DNA from: Eledone cirrhosa
Taxonomy: Eukaryota
Length of the DNA stretch: 64,000 bases
Direction: 5' to 3'
NCBI GenBank assembly: GCA_964016885.1
Contig: OZ024742.1
Span: forward strand, 52,762,001-52,826,000
Shown here: piece by piece, positions 27,911 through 41,160 of the stretch
Layout of the letters: every line of letters begins with the position of its first letter
How positions within the stretch are numbered: position 1 is the stretch's first letter
Translations under genes and position numbers: made by a program
Notes under the pieces: model-generated
Database searches by the model: none
What the model was told of the DNA's origin: nothing
The model's input: only the letters and a program-made list of their open reading frames with translations

Positions 27911-27913
27911 TAT

Positions 27914-27954
<41 letters not shown>

Positions 27955-27957
27955 TAT

Positions 27958-28125
<168 letters not shown>

Positions 28126-28219
28126 ATATATATATAATGTAGGAGGTGAGTAATATTGTAGAACAATAAAACTATGCATATATCAGATAAGTAGCACTCC
28201 ACAGTTAGTAGAACTGGAG

Positions 28220-29066
28220 TATATATAAAGAAGAAATTAAAAGATGGTGGTTAAAATAGTTCCATATATTTTATTATGCGCATTTTGAAAACAACATCAT
28301 CCTGGGACAAAAATTGTGTTCTCATCAGATAAAATAAGGTAACATGATATGAGGCCTAAAACCACTTGTGAACAAGAAAGTGTGCAGTCAACAGATGACA
28401 AAAATATAAGAGAAGAGAAAAGATAGGAAAAATGAAGAAAAGGAAAGAAGAAGGAAAAAGGAAAAAGAAATAGAAGAGAGGAAAAAAGAAAGAAAGAAGG
28501 AGGAGGGAGAAAGAGAAAGAGAGAAAGAGATACTTTTGATCGGGAACGCTGTCAAAACTGAAAAAAACGGCTGTGAATAACGGCTAAAAAAATAATAATG
28601 ATCAGACCCTCTACCGATACTGCCAATCCACCGCCCTATATTAAATAATATACCCAGTTTGTATATTCTAGACATCTCATCAATTTATTTATTTATTTTT
28701 ATTATTTTTTTAGCCGTTATTCACAGCTGTTTTTTTTCAGTTTTGACAGCGTTCCCGATCAAAAGTATCTCTCTCTCTCTCTTTCTCTTTCTCCCTCCTC
28801 CTTCTTTCTTTCTTTTTCCTCTCTTCTATTTCTTTTTCCTTTTTCCTTCTTCTTTCCTTTTCTTCAATTTTCCTATTTTTTTCTCTTCTCTTATATTTTT
28901 GTCATATGTTGACTGGACACTTTCTTGTTCACAAGTATTTTTAGGCCTCATATCATGTTACCTTATTTTATCTGATGAGAACACAATTTTTGCCCCAGGA
29001 TGATGTTGTTTTTGAAATGCGCATAATAAAATATATGGAACTTTTTTAACCACCTTTTAATTTCTT

Positions 29067-29072
<6 letters not shown>
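28220..29072. mobile_element. Inverted pair of about 375-bp hammerhead-bearing repeats (probable PLE pLTRs)
   Basis: 28220-28598 is the reverse complement of about 28698-29072. Confidence 0.8.
28964..29033 (+). ncRNA. Type I hammerhead ribozyme with palindromic stem III
   Basis: TATTTTAT-CTGATGA-GAACACAA..TTGTTTTT-GAA-ATGCGCAT-A-ATAAAATA. Confidence 0.75.
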
Positions 29073-29109
<37 letters not shown>

Positions 29110-29232
29110 AAATTAAGATAAATCAAAATTAATTTAATCTAAATCAAAATTATGGGTGTCATGCCAAAAAGGCATGCGCCATATCACCCGTAAAATTACC
29201 TCTAAGATTCTAATGAATAGGTCCGAGCATTT

Positions 29233-29503
29233 TATAACAACTAGAAATTGATTAACGTATAAATAAACATATGAAACAATCACAGGAGATAATTTTTACA
29301 AGTGTGTAAGCACACATAGCTAGATAGGTAACTAAATAAAGTTAACTAGAACTTCAAAAGTAGATACCTTATAATATGATTAATCTGATTAATCATATTA
29401 TAAGTTACCTACCTAGCTGTGTGTGCTTACACACTTGTAAAAATCATCCTCTGTGATTGTTTCATGTGTTTATTTATATGTTAATCAATTTCTAGTTGTT
29501 ATA
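29233..29503. repeat. Inverted repeat of about 100-bp arms with a nested perfect palindrome at 29368-29404
   Basis: Arms are visibly reverse complementary; CTTATAATATGATTAATC-t-GATTAATCATATTATAAG. Confidence 0.85.
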
Positions 29504-29552
29504 TATATATTTTTTTCTTTTTTTTTTCTGCAAAGAAAAAAAATATATATAT

Positions 29553-29778
29553 GTGAAGGCGTGTGGCTGAGTGGTAAGAGAATTGGATTCGCAATCGTGA
29601 GGTTGTGATTTCGATTCCCGGACCGGGCGATGCGTTATGTCCTTGAGCAATACACTTTATTTCACGTTGCTCCTTCTACCTCGAGTTGCGACCGATAGAT
29701 AGTATTAGCAATTGGAAAGACGCATGAAAACATTGTTTCCTTGGTCCGATTTGACGAAAGTCGATCGACTGACGATAT
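29553..29778 (+). mobile_element. tRNA-derived CORE-type SINE
   Basis: TGGCTGAGTGG A-box, TTCGATTCCC B-box, GTCCTTGAGCAATACACTT core; a degenerate relative lies on the minus strand at about 29855-30095. Confidence 0.8.
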
Positions 29779-29820
29779 GTACATACACACACACGTACAC
29801 ACACATATATACTGTATATT

Positions 29821-29853
<33 letters not shown>

Positions 29854-30943
29854 CCAGGGTACTGAACCCCTCCGTGGCACAAGCCATGATAAAATGTTTT
29901 CTGGAAAACTTGCAGTTGCTCATGCATACCAGTTTCCCCTATCTACGCCACAAGTATTGTCCAAAGGCCGCGATACAACTTGGCACCAGTGACGTCGCAA
30001 CTCATTTCTACAGATGAGTAAACTGGAGCAACGTGAAATGTTGAAAGACACAACGCATCACCCTCTGAATGGAACTCAGAACCTCGCGATTGTGAATATA
30101 TATATATATATATATATATAAACAATTGTTCGTATAAACACGCGCACACACATCAGCATACGTAATGACAGAATCAGCAAAATTTGTATAGTTCTATTTC
30201 TGAATCAAATCCACTGAAAGACAATGAACATGCAACAGATGGAACATACATTTAATTAATAATGAGTTGAACAGGTAACAATCATTGTTTCTGATATGTC
30301 GTTCTAAATATTTGCAAATATCATGCTTCAAACAAAGAAAAACAAGACATTACACACCCGCACAGAAACACATTGACACTCACATAATTATATATATATA
30401 CATATGCACATATATGTGTGTGTATGTGTGTGCGCTTATATATGCGGGTGTGATTGTGTATGTTTCTGATAGTAATTGATTTCAGATTATTTGCACCCGA
30501 TTATTTAATCTGAACATTACATAATTGATTTTCATCTTATTATTTAAAAATCCATGTGTCACAATTCATTGAAGAACGTGTAAAAAGCAAAACATATACA
30601 CATTCAAATAAATTCTCTCTTTCCACATTTCTCTCCTCGCCCCTCTTTCTCCTCGCGTTTCTCTCTTTCTCACTACTGCTTTCTTCGTCTTTCTCATACA
30701 CACCACACACATATGTGTGTGCACATGAACAAACATTTACACACTCAGAGAAAAATCTGTTTTGCATCATTTAAAACTAGCACCTGGATTGCGGCAATTG
30801 TTCAAATTTAAGTTGTACTTCCAAACAAAACATAGTAACAAAGGCAACACAAACATAGACGACGACGATGACAACGGTGAAGATGGTGATAAGGATGAGG
30901 ATGATGATGATGATGGTGATGATGGTGATGATGACGATGGTGG

Positions 30944-30993
<50 letters not shown>

Positions 30994-31017
30994 GTGATGC
31001 TGGTGCTTGTGATGGTG

Positions 31018-31049
<32 letters not shown>

Positions 31050-31314
31050 AACAACAATAATAATGATTTCTTTATTAACCACAAGGGTTTACATAAAGTA
31101 GACATTAAGGACAGTGCTGGACAATACAGGACGGTACAAATGGGCATTTCTACGTGTAAAAAACAAAAACAGAGGATGTAACAAAAAAATAACAATGAAA
31201 AATTCCCCAATAGGGGGAGACTTCGGGGGGACATTTGTGGAGAAAGCCCAGTAAAAGGCCACAGTGACCCTGACCACCAAGGCAAGTGCCCTCTCCCAGT
31301 TTTCCACCTTTAAT

Positions 31315-34300
31315 TTACAGATATATACTCAGAGTAGGCCCATTCACTCGGGCCATTCTTGCTTCTCTCACCCATATTTCAACAAAATGCTGGGAAGAGA
31401 GCACTTCCCTCTCTACCCTGATTTTCCTTTTCAAATGAAATTTGAAAAAGTCAATCAGGGCATCACCGAAGAGGTAAGTGCTCGTCTTCAGCCCTTTCAA
31501 ACGTGTCCACCATACTATCTCTTTCGCCATGGCCACCAGACAGATAAAAACTGCCTGCCCTTCCCGGCTAAAGGAAGAGAGCGGGGCAATCCTGACGATG
31601 GACTCAGATGATAGCCGGATCCGTCCTACACGCGACAGCAGGTGTTCGACATAAACCCACAAGTCAGCAATTTTCGGACACTGGACGAGTGCGTGCAGGA
31701 CGGTTTCGTCGCCCTGCGCGCATCTCGGACATGCCCGGCTGACGGCACCTCCATGCCTGTAGAGTTTATCCCGAACTGGCAAGGCTCCTCGGTAGGACTG
31801 TCAGGCCAGAGATTTCTATAAGTTGTCCATAGGTCCCGGCCCGAAAGTTCTTCCGAAGAGATTGGCTAGTTGATTTTCGTCGACGCCTAGAGTTTCCCCA
31901 AGTACGTCGTCGCTCTTCCCCTCCACTAATCCTCTATAGAACGCCGAGGTGGAGTTTCCACTGATCACATTGCCCGATTGGTCGAGGGCTGTGAGCGCCT
32001 GAAGACATTCCAGTCTCCAGGCGCTCCCTCTCGGTCTTCGCTTGACCCAGGACTGCAGCTCCGTCAAGGAAACGAGCTGGGGAAACGGCGACCACACCTG
32101 ATCACCGTCGAGGAAGAGGTGGAGATGTCGTAGCCTGAGCGCGTGTCTGCGCATCATCAGCCACGGCATTCCGAGCCCTCCACGTAGCGGGTGTTGACAG
32201 CAAATGGACCGCTTGACCATCGGAGCGCGTCCCTTCCACAAAAAGCGAAAGAGCAAACGCTCCAGCGCAGTCAGGCGGGGCTTAGAACAAGGTACGACGG
32301 TCAGGCGGTAGCAGATGACAGACGCGATGTACGCGTTAGCCACCTCCGCTCGACCTTTCAGGGATAGCTTCCTCTCCGCCCATTTCTGGGTGAGAGAAGT
32401 CACCCTGCTCGTCACCTCGTCCCAGTTTTTGTCCGTCTGGAGGTCCGGACCGAACCAGACCACTAGCAATTTAACCGGTCCGTCCGTCCAGCGTCCGATG
32501 ATGCTGTTGGACGGCATGGACCTGCCTCTCCAGGTGCCGAGCTGCAGGCCCACTGACTTTTCCTGGTTGATCATTGCTCCTGTCACCGCTTCGTATTCTC
32601 TTAGTGTAGTGCCGATCGCCTCGATGTGTTTGGCGTTCGACACCACTACGGTGACATCGTCCGCATATGCTGACATGGATCTTCCGCATCCTAGTTCGCG
32701 CGGGACGCCCTTCAACGTCTTCAGTTTGTGCAGTAATGGCTCGAGAGTCAATACGTACAAGATGGACGAGAGGGGACATCCTTGGCGGACCGAGCGCATG
32801 ATGTTGAACGGTTCCGAAAGGTGACCGTTCACTCTCACCACAGAGCAGATGTCGCTGTGCATGGCAGCTATCCAGCCTCTGAAGACGGGCCCAAAGCCAG
32901 CCGCCCTCAGGACTGCCGCTAGGTAACGATGGTCGACCCTATCGAAAGCTTTCGACTGATCTAAATTGATCAAGGATCCACCCGTGCCAGGTTCCCTAGC
33001 TACCCTCTCTACGATGTATCGCATGAGGTGGAGGTTGTCGTGGATGGATCTGTCGGGAATGGCGCATGTCTGCGCCTCTCCCACCAGACCACCAACGACA
33101 AGCGCCAACCTCTTTGCTAGCACCTTGGCCAAAATCTTGAACTCTGTGTTTAGCAGAGTTATGGGCCGGAAATTATCTATGTTATCCCCCTTGTTCGGAT
33201 CCTTTCTCAGCAGTGCCACCGCTCCTCGGCTCACAGAACTGGGAATTCTCCCGTTCTGTTGCCAGTTGCAGAAGACGTCCGCCAAGAGGCCTCCGAACAA
33301 GTCTGGCATCTGTACGTAAAGTTCATAGGGCAGACCATCCAAACCTGGCTATTTACCCCTTGTGCAGCCAGTCATTGCCTCCCTTACTTCAGCGGCTGTT
33401 ATCGGCTTTTCGCAACACTCCGCCTCAGTGGCCGAGAGCCGCGGCAGTCCGTCGAGGTAGACACTAAAGTCCATCCCTCGACCCGGCCCACCGCTGCCCC
33501 CGAAAAGCTGAGTGAAGTGTCGCTGAAAAGCTTCACACATTTGCCTGGGATCGAGTAGCACGCGCCTCCGCCACTCGGGCCCATTGAACGGCTTTCGTCT
33601 CCTCGTGTCTGAGAGCACGCACCCTTGCTCTGACAACGCAGCCTTCGTGCTTTGCATTGAAGAATTGGTCAAGGGTCAATTTCGCCGCAAGCAGGTCGGT
33701 CGCAATGCCTTTGCTAAGCGCCTCGTCTAATTTTCTAACTAGTTCTCCCTCTGCTCTATTTTTCTCTATTGCTAAAGCCTTACTAAACCTAATCGATTCT
33801 ATTCTAATCGCTCTTTTCAGAGCAAACCACCACTTGTTGTTGACGATGGCCCCCGTCAACGCCCGCTTAACTAGTTCGCTAATCCGGTCTCTGTAGGCCT
33901 TGCGCGCTGGTAAGGACGCGTTTAGCTTCCAGTAGCCGGGTCCTCGTCTATGAAGCCTATCTAAGTCAAGCACACAAATCACGAATTTGTGGTCCGTGTA
34001 GCTGACTATCTTGAATTGTGGACAGCCTATGCTAGACCTATCTATTTCCCTACAAAATACTCTATCTAGATATGATCTGGATGACCCTATGCGATTTGTC
34101 CAAGTCCACATTGGCACATTCGGGAAATCCAATCTGTACCTGTCAGACAGTTCAAAACGCCTGAGCAGGTTGGTGAGACTCTTGCACCCTCCACCCCTAT
34201 CCGCTAATCCCACACAGTCCCAGCGTGCATCTAAGATCCCGTTCCAGTCGCCCACTAACACTAAAGAGCGGGACGTTCCAAGAAAGGTCTCCAGACGCCG

Positions 34301-34669
34301 GAAGAAATCAGGCGGCCCTGCTCCTGTCGTGGCATAGACGGCCACTAGCCTGAAAGCTTGCCGGTCTCCGCTGGTCACGTCCAGCACCACCAACTTACCC
34401 TCTGGGTCCAGGAAGATGGCCCGTATGGCGAGATCCAAACCTCTCCGAAAAAGCACAGCAACTCCTTCCCCCGATCCAGGACGGCTGGGAGATGCGTACA
34501 CATCGTAGCCGCCGAAGATCGGTGCGAAGGCCCGTGCTTCGGAGATTCTGGTCTCGCTGATGGCCACTACATCTATGTTTAGTGACCTGAGGTCGTTGAG
34601 CAGGTGACCCTGCTTCCATGACGACCCCAAGCCACGCACATTTATGCTGCCTATTCTGAGTGAGGTCAT
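31315..34669 (-). pseudogene. LINE ORF2 (APE endonuclease-RT-zinc finger), disrupted
   Basis: SINVRGL, ISET, VGDWN, YLDR, TDH; FRPITLLN, DQSKAFDRV, QGCPLS, YADD. Confidence 0.92.
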
Positions 34670-34810
34670 GTTTAAAATAGAGTGGAAAAGATGGGAAAGA
34701 CCACTTACCGTACTTTTCGTAGAGGAAGGATGGTTTTTCCATCCCTTTTCACTTGAATCGTCCCTTCTGCTGGTCGTTGGCTCTTTTATGAGTATGTCCG
34801 AATATACTCT

Positions 34811-36635
34811 TCAATTGAGAGTCCCTCCTAGGTCTCTGAAATCACCAACTGCGTTGGGGAATTTCGTTTTAATGTTTGTGTATTGTTTCTGTGCTATTTT
34901 TAGCAGTCTTATGTTAGTTGGCGTTTTGATTGGTGCTGGTATTATGTAGTCGTGTTGTGAAATGTTTGTGTGTTCAATTATGTAAGTCATTAGTTTCTTG
35001 TTATGTGTATTTATTGCCGTGCATTTGTTTTTCTGGGGGTGGGGTGTGGTTCTGCTATTTTCTTGTCGTTGTTGCTGGGTGTGTGTGTTTTGTTGTTGTG
35101 TTTGCGATGTTGGTGCTTGTGGTGGTGGTGTTGAAGGTGTTGTTGTTGTTGGTGGTGGGGTTGTCGCAGATGGTGATGGTGGTGCTAGTGTGTGTGGTGA
35201 TGGTGTTGGTGGTATTGCTGCTGTGAGTCTCTTTGCAGTAGCCTTTACCCTTTTTTCATTTCTTTCCTCCCTTTTCGAAGGCGACGATGCGCTGCTTCTG
35301 CGTTTGTGCCTTCTTACGACCTTTTGCCATCCCTCTCCCACCTCACACTCCATGTCTGATTCTGTGATGTCGGGGAGGGGTACCAGCTCCACTCTTTCAC
35401 TTGTTGTTGTTGGTGATGTTTGCACTAGAGTCTCTGTTACAGCTGCATTTGGTATTGCTGTTGTTGTTGTTAATACTTACACTGCTGCTGCTGTTTTTGA
35501 TTTCCGTGCGTTGGTATAGGTGCCACGGACCTATTGTTCCTGGTTGCCGCTTGTCCTGTTGCTGGTAGCCGTGGAGCAGGTTTCGGAAGGAGGGGGGTTT
35601 TCTCCTTTCTCATGGTCTTCTCGTTGCAGAAGGCCCTGAGGTTAGTCTTCGATCCACAGCGAAAGCATTTCGGGCGTTTTCCCTCAACACTTACGGGCAG
35701 TTGAGTGCCGTTATTGAAGTCTATCACATCGGGGATAGCTTCGATGCACTCCTGGTTGGTTTGGATTAACATCTCAATGGAGGTGCCGACCCATCTTCTC
35801 GTACTTTTTTCTGTACTTGCAGTACAGTTGTTTTGTCCTTGATTCCGACGAGGACAGACGCGGCCAGCCAAGAAGGGGCCATCCCGGTGGGGACGTGGGT
35901 CAGTTTGACCCTCACAATTTTTTGCCCGCAGTAGGAGGGCACCAACACCATTTCCTCCCTCCTTAGGGTCACTAAGGATTGAGCCTTTGCCTCCTGGGGT
36001 GTGGCAAAAAGTACGTCTACGGTGGCATATTTCTTGCCTCGGGTGATGTGCGTTTTCCGCTGCCTCACAGACCCCAAGGCTTTTTGTATTTGAGCCTCTG
36101 TGGCTCTTTCAACCCTACGGGATTTTGTACTTACTGTACGGTACGTGACCGTACAGTGCTGTTGCGTTTCGAAAAATTTTTCCGCTGCCTTGCAGATTGC
36201 TCGGTGTCCAGTTTTTGTCACCATCTTCTTCGCTTCCTCTAATTCCTCATTTGTTATGAGGATGGTTTCCAGGTTCTTTGCGATACCTGCAAATGAGATT
36301 GGTTTTTCTTTGCTGCTGTTGTTGTTGTTGTTGTCGTCAGAGCTGCTGTTACTTTTGTTGTTGCTGCAGGTACTACGATTACTGCCGCCGCCGCTGTTGC
36401 TGCTAATGCTGTTGTTGTTTATGCTGCTGTTGATGCTGTTGCGGCTGCTACTGTTGTTTTCCTTGTCACTGTTGCTGCTGTTATTACGGATGCTACTGCT
36501 ATTATTCCTGACGTCAGACGAATCAAATGGGTTTTCGTATTTCCCGCACAGCTTTTTCGTCGTTGTCGTCGTCGTCGTGGAGAAATCTTGCTCGCTTTGC
36601 ACGTGATTTTTCTTTTCTGGGAGGGAGAGAGACAC
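34811..36635 (-). pseudogene. LINE ORF1 (gag-like), frameshifted
   Basis: RGKKYATVDVLF; VEGKRPKCFRCGS; T/P-rich tail. Confidence 0.75.
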
Positions 36636-36980
36636 ATTTATAGAAGGGGGGAGAGAGACAATCTTCTCTCTGCTGTAGTGACGATTGAGGAAGAAGAAGA
36701 CGGAATGAGTGGGAGTGACCTATGAAAATTCTTTTTCGTAGCCATGTTGTTTTTTTTGTTTAAAATAAATATTGGGCACAAAACCCCAATAAGCGGTTAT
36801 TTAACCCCGAAGGGCCAAATAACGGGCAGAAAGACCCCTCTCAGGAGGGTGTTTTTGTCTACAAGTTGGTTAAAGTTTTAAACAATTTACAATTGTTATA
36901 GCGGTCAAAATTTACAATACCTTACAGAGCCGAGCCTCCGTCAACCATAGCATTCAATAATAATAATAATAATAATAATA

Positions 36981-38124
36981 ATGATTTCTTTATTGGCCAC
37001 AAGAGCTGACATCAAGAAAAACATCACAGACGGAACAGGACGGTACGGTGTGGGTTTTGTGCGTGTTAATATTTTTATTATTTATATAAGAAAAGATAAA
37101 GACATAAAACATATATATATATATAAACAATAAAATGAAAATTGAAACAATGAAAAATTCCCCAATAGGGGGGAGACCTCCGAGGGTTACTCGTGGCTAA
37201 AACCACACAAAAGACCACGGCCACCCTGACTACCAGGGCAAGCGCCCTCTCTCAATTTTTCGATCTTTCAAACTACAGACATATATTGAGAGTTCACTCG
37301 GACCATTCTCGCTACATTCACCCACCTTTCAACAAACTTGCTAGAAAGCAGCACTTGCTTCTCCACTTTGATTTTCCTCTTCAATTGAAACTTGAAAAAG
37401 TTAATTACGGATTCGCTGAAGAGGAAAGTGTTTGTCTTTAATCCTTTTAACCTTGTCCACCACACAATCTCTTTCGCCATGGCCACCAGGCAGATGAAAA
37501 CCGCCTGCCCTTCCTCCTCAAAGGAAGACGGCGAGACCATCTGCACAATGGACTCAGTCGACAACCGGATCAGTCCCACACGTGACAGCAACTGTTCGAC
37601 ATAGCTCCACAAGTCAGAAATGCTCGGGCACTGAACGAGTGCGTGCACAACGGTTTCGTCGCTATGCGCGCATCTCGGACAGGCTCGGCTGACGGCACTT
37701 CCGTGCCTGTAGAGCTTATCTCGAACCGGCAGCGCTCCCCGGTAGCACTGCCAGGCCAGGGAATTTTGGAAGTTATCCATAGGCCCCCGGCTGAAAGTTC
37801 TCCGGAAGAGAGCAAACAGCTGATCTTCTTCGACGCCCAGGATCTCTCCGAGAATGTCGTCGCTCTCCCCCTCCACTAATCCTCTATAGAACGCCGAGGT
37901 GGATGTTCCACCGATACTGGTGCCCAACTGGGAGAGGGCAGTGAGCGCCTGGAGACATTCCAGTTTCCAAGCGCTATCCCTCAGTCTTTTTCTGACCCAG
38001 GACTGCAGCTCCGTCAAGGAGACGAGCTGTGGGAAAATGTGCCTGGCGAACGGCGACCACACCCGTTCACCATCAAGGAAGCACCAGAGATGTCGCAGCC
38101 TCAGCGCATGTTTGCGCATCATCT
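36981..38124 (-). mobile_element. 5'-truncated Tx1 copy of a related subfamily
   Basis: ORF 37268-38143 parallels 31315-32160 (HALRLRHL, LPVRDKLYRHG, CPRC). Confidence 0.9.
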
Positions 38125-38290
38125 TTTGGCACAAGGCCAGCAATTACCCAGTACATTACTGGTACTTTACTTTATCGACCCCGTAAGGATGAAAGGCAAA
38201 GTTAACCTCGGCGGGATTTGAACTCAGACCGTAAAGGGACGTAACTATGCTGGAAAACATGGCATCCGACTCTCTACTGATACTGCCAAT
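38124..38290 (-). mobile_element. SINE (Deu/Nin-like family)
   Basis: Same sequence as 5200-5372. Confidence 0.8.
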
Positions 38291-38300
38291 AACAATAATA

Positions 38301-38368
<68 letters not shown>

Positions 38369-38775
38369 GTTTCTCTAATAAACAGATTTTTTTTACATTG
38401 AACAACTAAAATAAATAAAGGATATAACTTTAAACATATATTATTAAACGGCTTCAATTGATTAAATTTTTGCAACAGACTCACTTTGCCTGAGACAATT
38501 CGATTAAAATATTCTTAATATCTTCAATGTTGGTTTTGAACTAATTATCTTTAAATATTGGCATAGGTAACTTGATTTACAGTACTTGTAATCTATTTAA
38601 ACTGATTCAAATCTATTTGATTTTAAGGAAAAATGAAACATTTTTTGGATGTTAAATATATATATATATGGGGTGGGGGCGAGACCGTGAGCGTGGAGAG
38701 GTGTGCTTGTATGTGTGCGCGCATGTGTATATGTATATATATATATATATATATGTGTGTAAGTGTGTGTGTATG

Positions 38776-38806
<31 letters not shown>

Positions 38807-38820
38807 TGGGCGAGCGAGAG

Positions 38821-38892
<72 letters not shown>

Positions 38893-39152
38893 TTTTGTTT
38901 AAAATTATAAAAATAACATTTGTGTGCCAGCCAAATATGTAGATTAAACCATTTGCAAAATAGCGAAAATAGGGAAAAACATCGAATGCTGTACACTGTT
39001 TTCCTAGAATGTTATTATTGGTATTAGTATTATTCCTATTATTAACAAGACTTTTCTAATATTTGTAAAGTTGTAAAATTGTTTTTCAAGCATTGATTCA
39101 TAATGTCAAAACATATTAAATTTCACGTTAGTGTTTGTATGTGTGTATGTAC

Positions 39153-39238
<86 letters not shown>

Positions 39239-39249
39239 ATGTATGTATG

Positions 39250-39288
<39 letters not shown>

Positions 39289-39400
39289 GCATGTATATAT
39301 GTATGCGTGTGTGTATATTTGTATATATATATGTATGTGTGTGTGTGTGTGTGTATGTATTGTATGTATGCATGTATTTGTGTGAGTGTTCAGACAAGTA

Positions 39401-39452
<52 letters not shown>

Positions 39453-39622
39453 GTATGTATCTATATATATACATACACACATACACACATGTGTCTGTGT
39501 GTCGCTGTGTGTAAGGGGTGGTGGAATGATATAATTCATATTTTAAATAAAACTATCTCTACCAGATGCTACTTCAGTAGCTTCTCTGCAAAGCGTACAT
39601 ACACACTCTCTCTCTCTCTCTT

Positions 39623-39695
<73 letters not shown>

Positions 39696-40779
39696 GGGGA
39701 GAGAGAGAGTGAGAGAGAGAAAGAGAGAGAAAGAGAGAGAGGGGAGAGAGAGAAAGGGAGCGAACATACTCTACAGCTTTGTTTTTCATAAAATATTTTC
39801 TTAATTACATAAAATACCAGTCTAATACTTTTAGTGTAGCTACTCCAAGTTCCACCATTGAATTTTTCAATTTAAATTATTGAAAGTGGTTCAAAGGCTA
39901 GTTTTGTCAAATTGTATAATTTCTTTGAATCCCTTGAGTGAGCCCCTATCTGCATATCATATGCAAGTTTTGACCACCAATGGTGGTCAAATTAACGCTG
40001 GGCATATGCCTTGGCCTTTTTAAACCTTTCTTCTCATTGACTTTTTCTTTCTCTAGATAAGACTTTTTTTTTTTCTAATTTACACCCTGATGGCATTCTT
40101 CTTCAACAATACTACTTTTATCTCTTAATCATTCTCATTAAATTAACCCCTATATTTTAATGTAGTAGTTCCAAGAGTTTCATGCGCTGTGTTGTAAAGT
40201 TCCTCTCTGTCTACAATATAAGAAGTATCATTGATTGCAGTAATGCGTTCATGCGAAGCTACTTGAATTTGTGGAGTTCTCAGCTTACTGGCGTCAAGGC
40301 CTTTTGGAAGCTTAATGTTGTTACGATTTCCAGCTGCTGGTTTATTACTAAATGCATTTTTGCTTTTTCTAAACAGTGGTCAGACCAGCACTCAGCACCT
40401 TGCATAGAATGGGCATTATAAACATCCTGCATGTCATGTCTGCGAGCAATTACATAATCAATTAAGTGTTACTGTTGGGAACCTGGAAATATCTATGTTG
40501 TGATATAATCCCCTCTACGCTTGAAGTGTGTGCTTGAGATATACAAGTTGAACTCAGTACAGAGGAGCAGGCTGTTACTATTAGCTTACCCAATTCCATA
40601 CTTTCCAAGACAGCTCCATGTTTCCCAAACTTTATACACAACCACATTAAACTCACCAAGAAGAACTATTTAATCACAATGTGGAATTGAATACAAAGTG
40701 TTCCTTAATTATTCATAAAACTTTGTCTTTTTTACTTCATCGCTACCAAGTGTTGGAGCATATGCACCAATAATGCCTG

Positions 40780-41160
40780 CCACTCAAGCGTAGTAGCCAC
40801 AAAGCTATTAGCTGGTCATTAATCCCATGAGGAAGCTATGTTATCTTATAGACTAGACGCTTGTGGACAGCAAACCCGACTCCTCGTTCTTTCATTTCTT
40901 GAGCAGAAAAATGTAAATCTACCTCTTCCAGTTGCCCATTTTCAGAAAAGCGAGTTTCTGAAAGAGCGGCTATAGCTACACCATAGCGATGCAGTTCTTT
41001 GGAGACTAACGTTCTTCTATGCTCTGGAGATAATCCATTCGAATTGTCAACCAGAGTTCGCACATTCCAGCAACTTATGTTGATTTGAACGTTTCTATTA
41101 TTATTTTTGTTTCCTCTGATTTTGAGCACATAGGTAGACGACCATAAGCCGCACGAAATT
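40780..41160 (-). mobile_element. RTE-clade LINE endonuclease fragment
   Basis: ISCWNVRTL..ELHRYGVAIAALSETRF..GVGFAV. Confidence 0.8.

Larger units (their letters stand above)
31063..36955 (-). mobile_element. Near full-length Tx1/L1-clade LINE with stops and frameshifts
   Basis: ORF1 with CFRCG knuckle, APE endonuclease, RT and C-terminal CPRC..H..C; AATAAA and (ATT)n at the 3' end. Confidence 0.92.

Noticed and set aside
29553-29630. tRNA gene
   Set aside because: A/B boxes continue into a SINE core and the sequence is repeated elsewhere, so it is a SINE head.
30762-31181. Poly-Asp/Asn ORF
   Set aside because: Compound (GAT)n/(AAT)n microsatellite running into the LINE 3'UTR.
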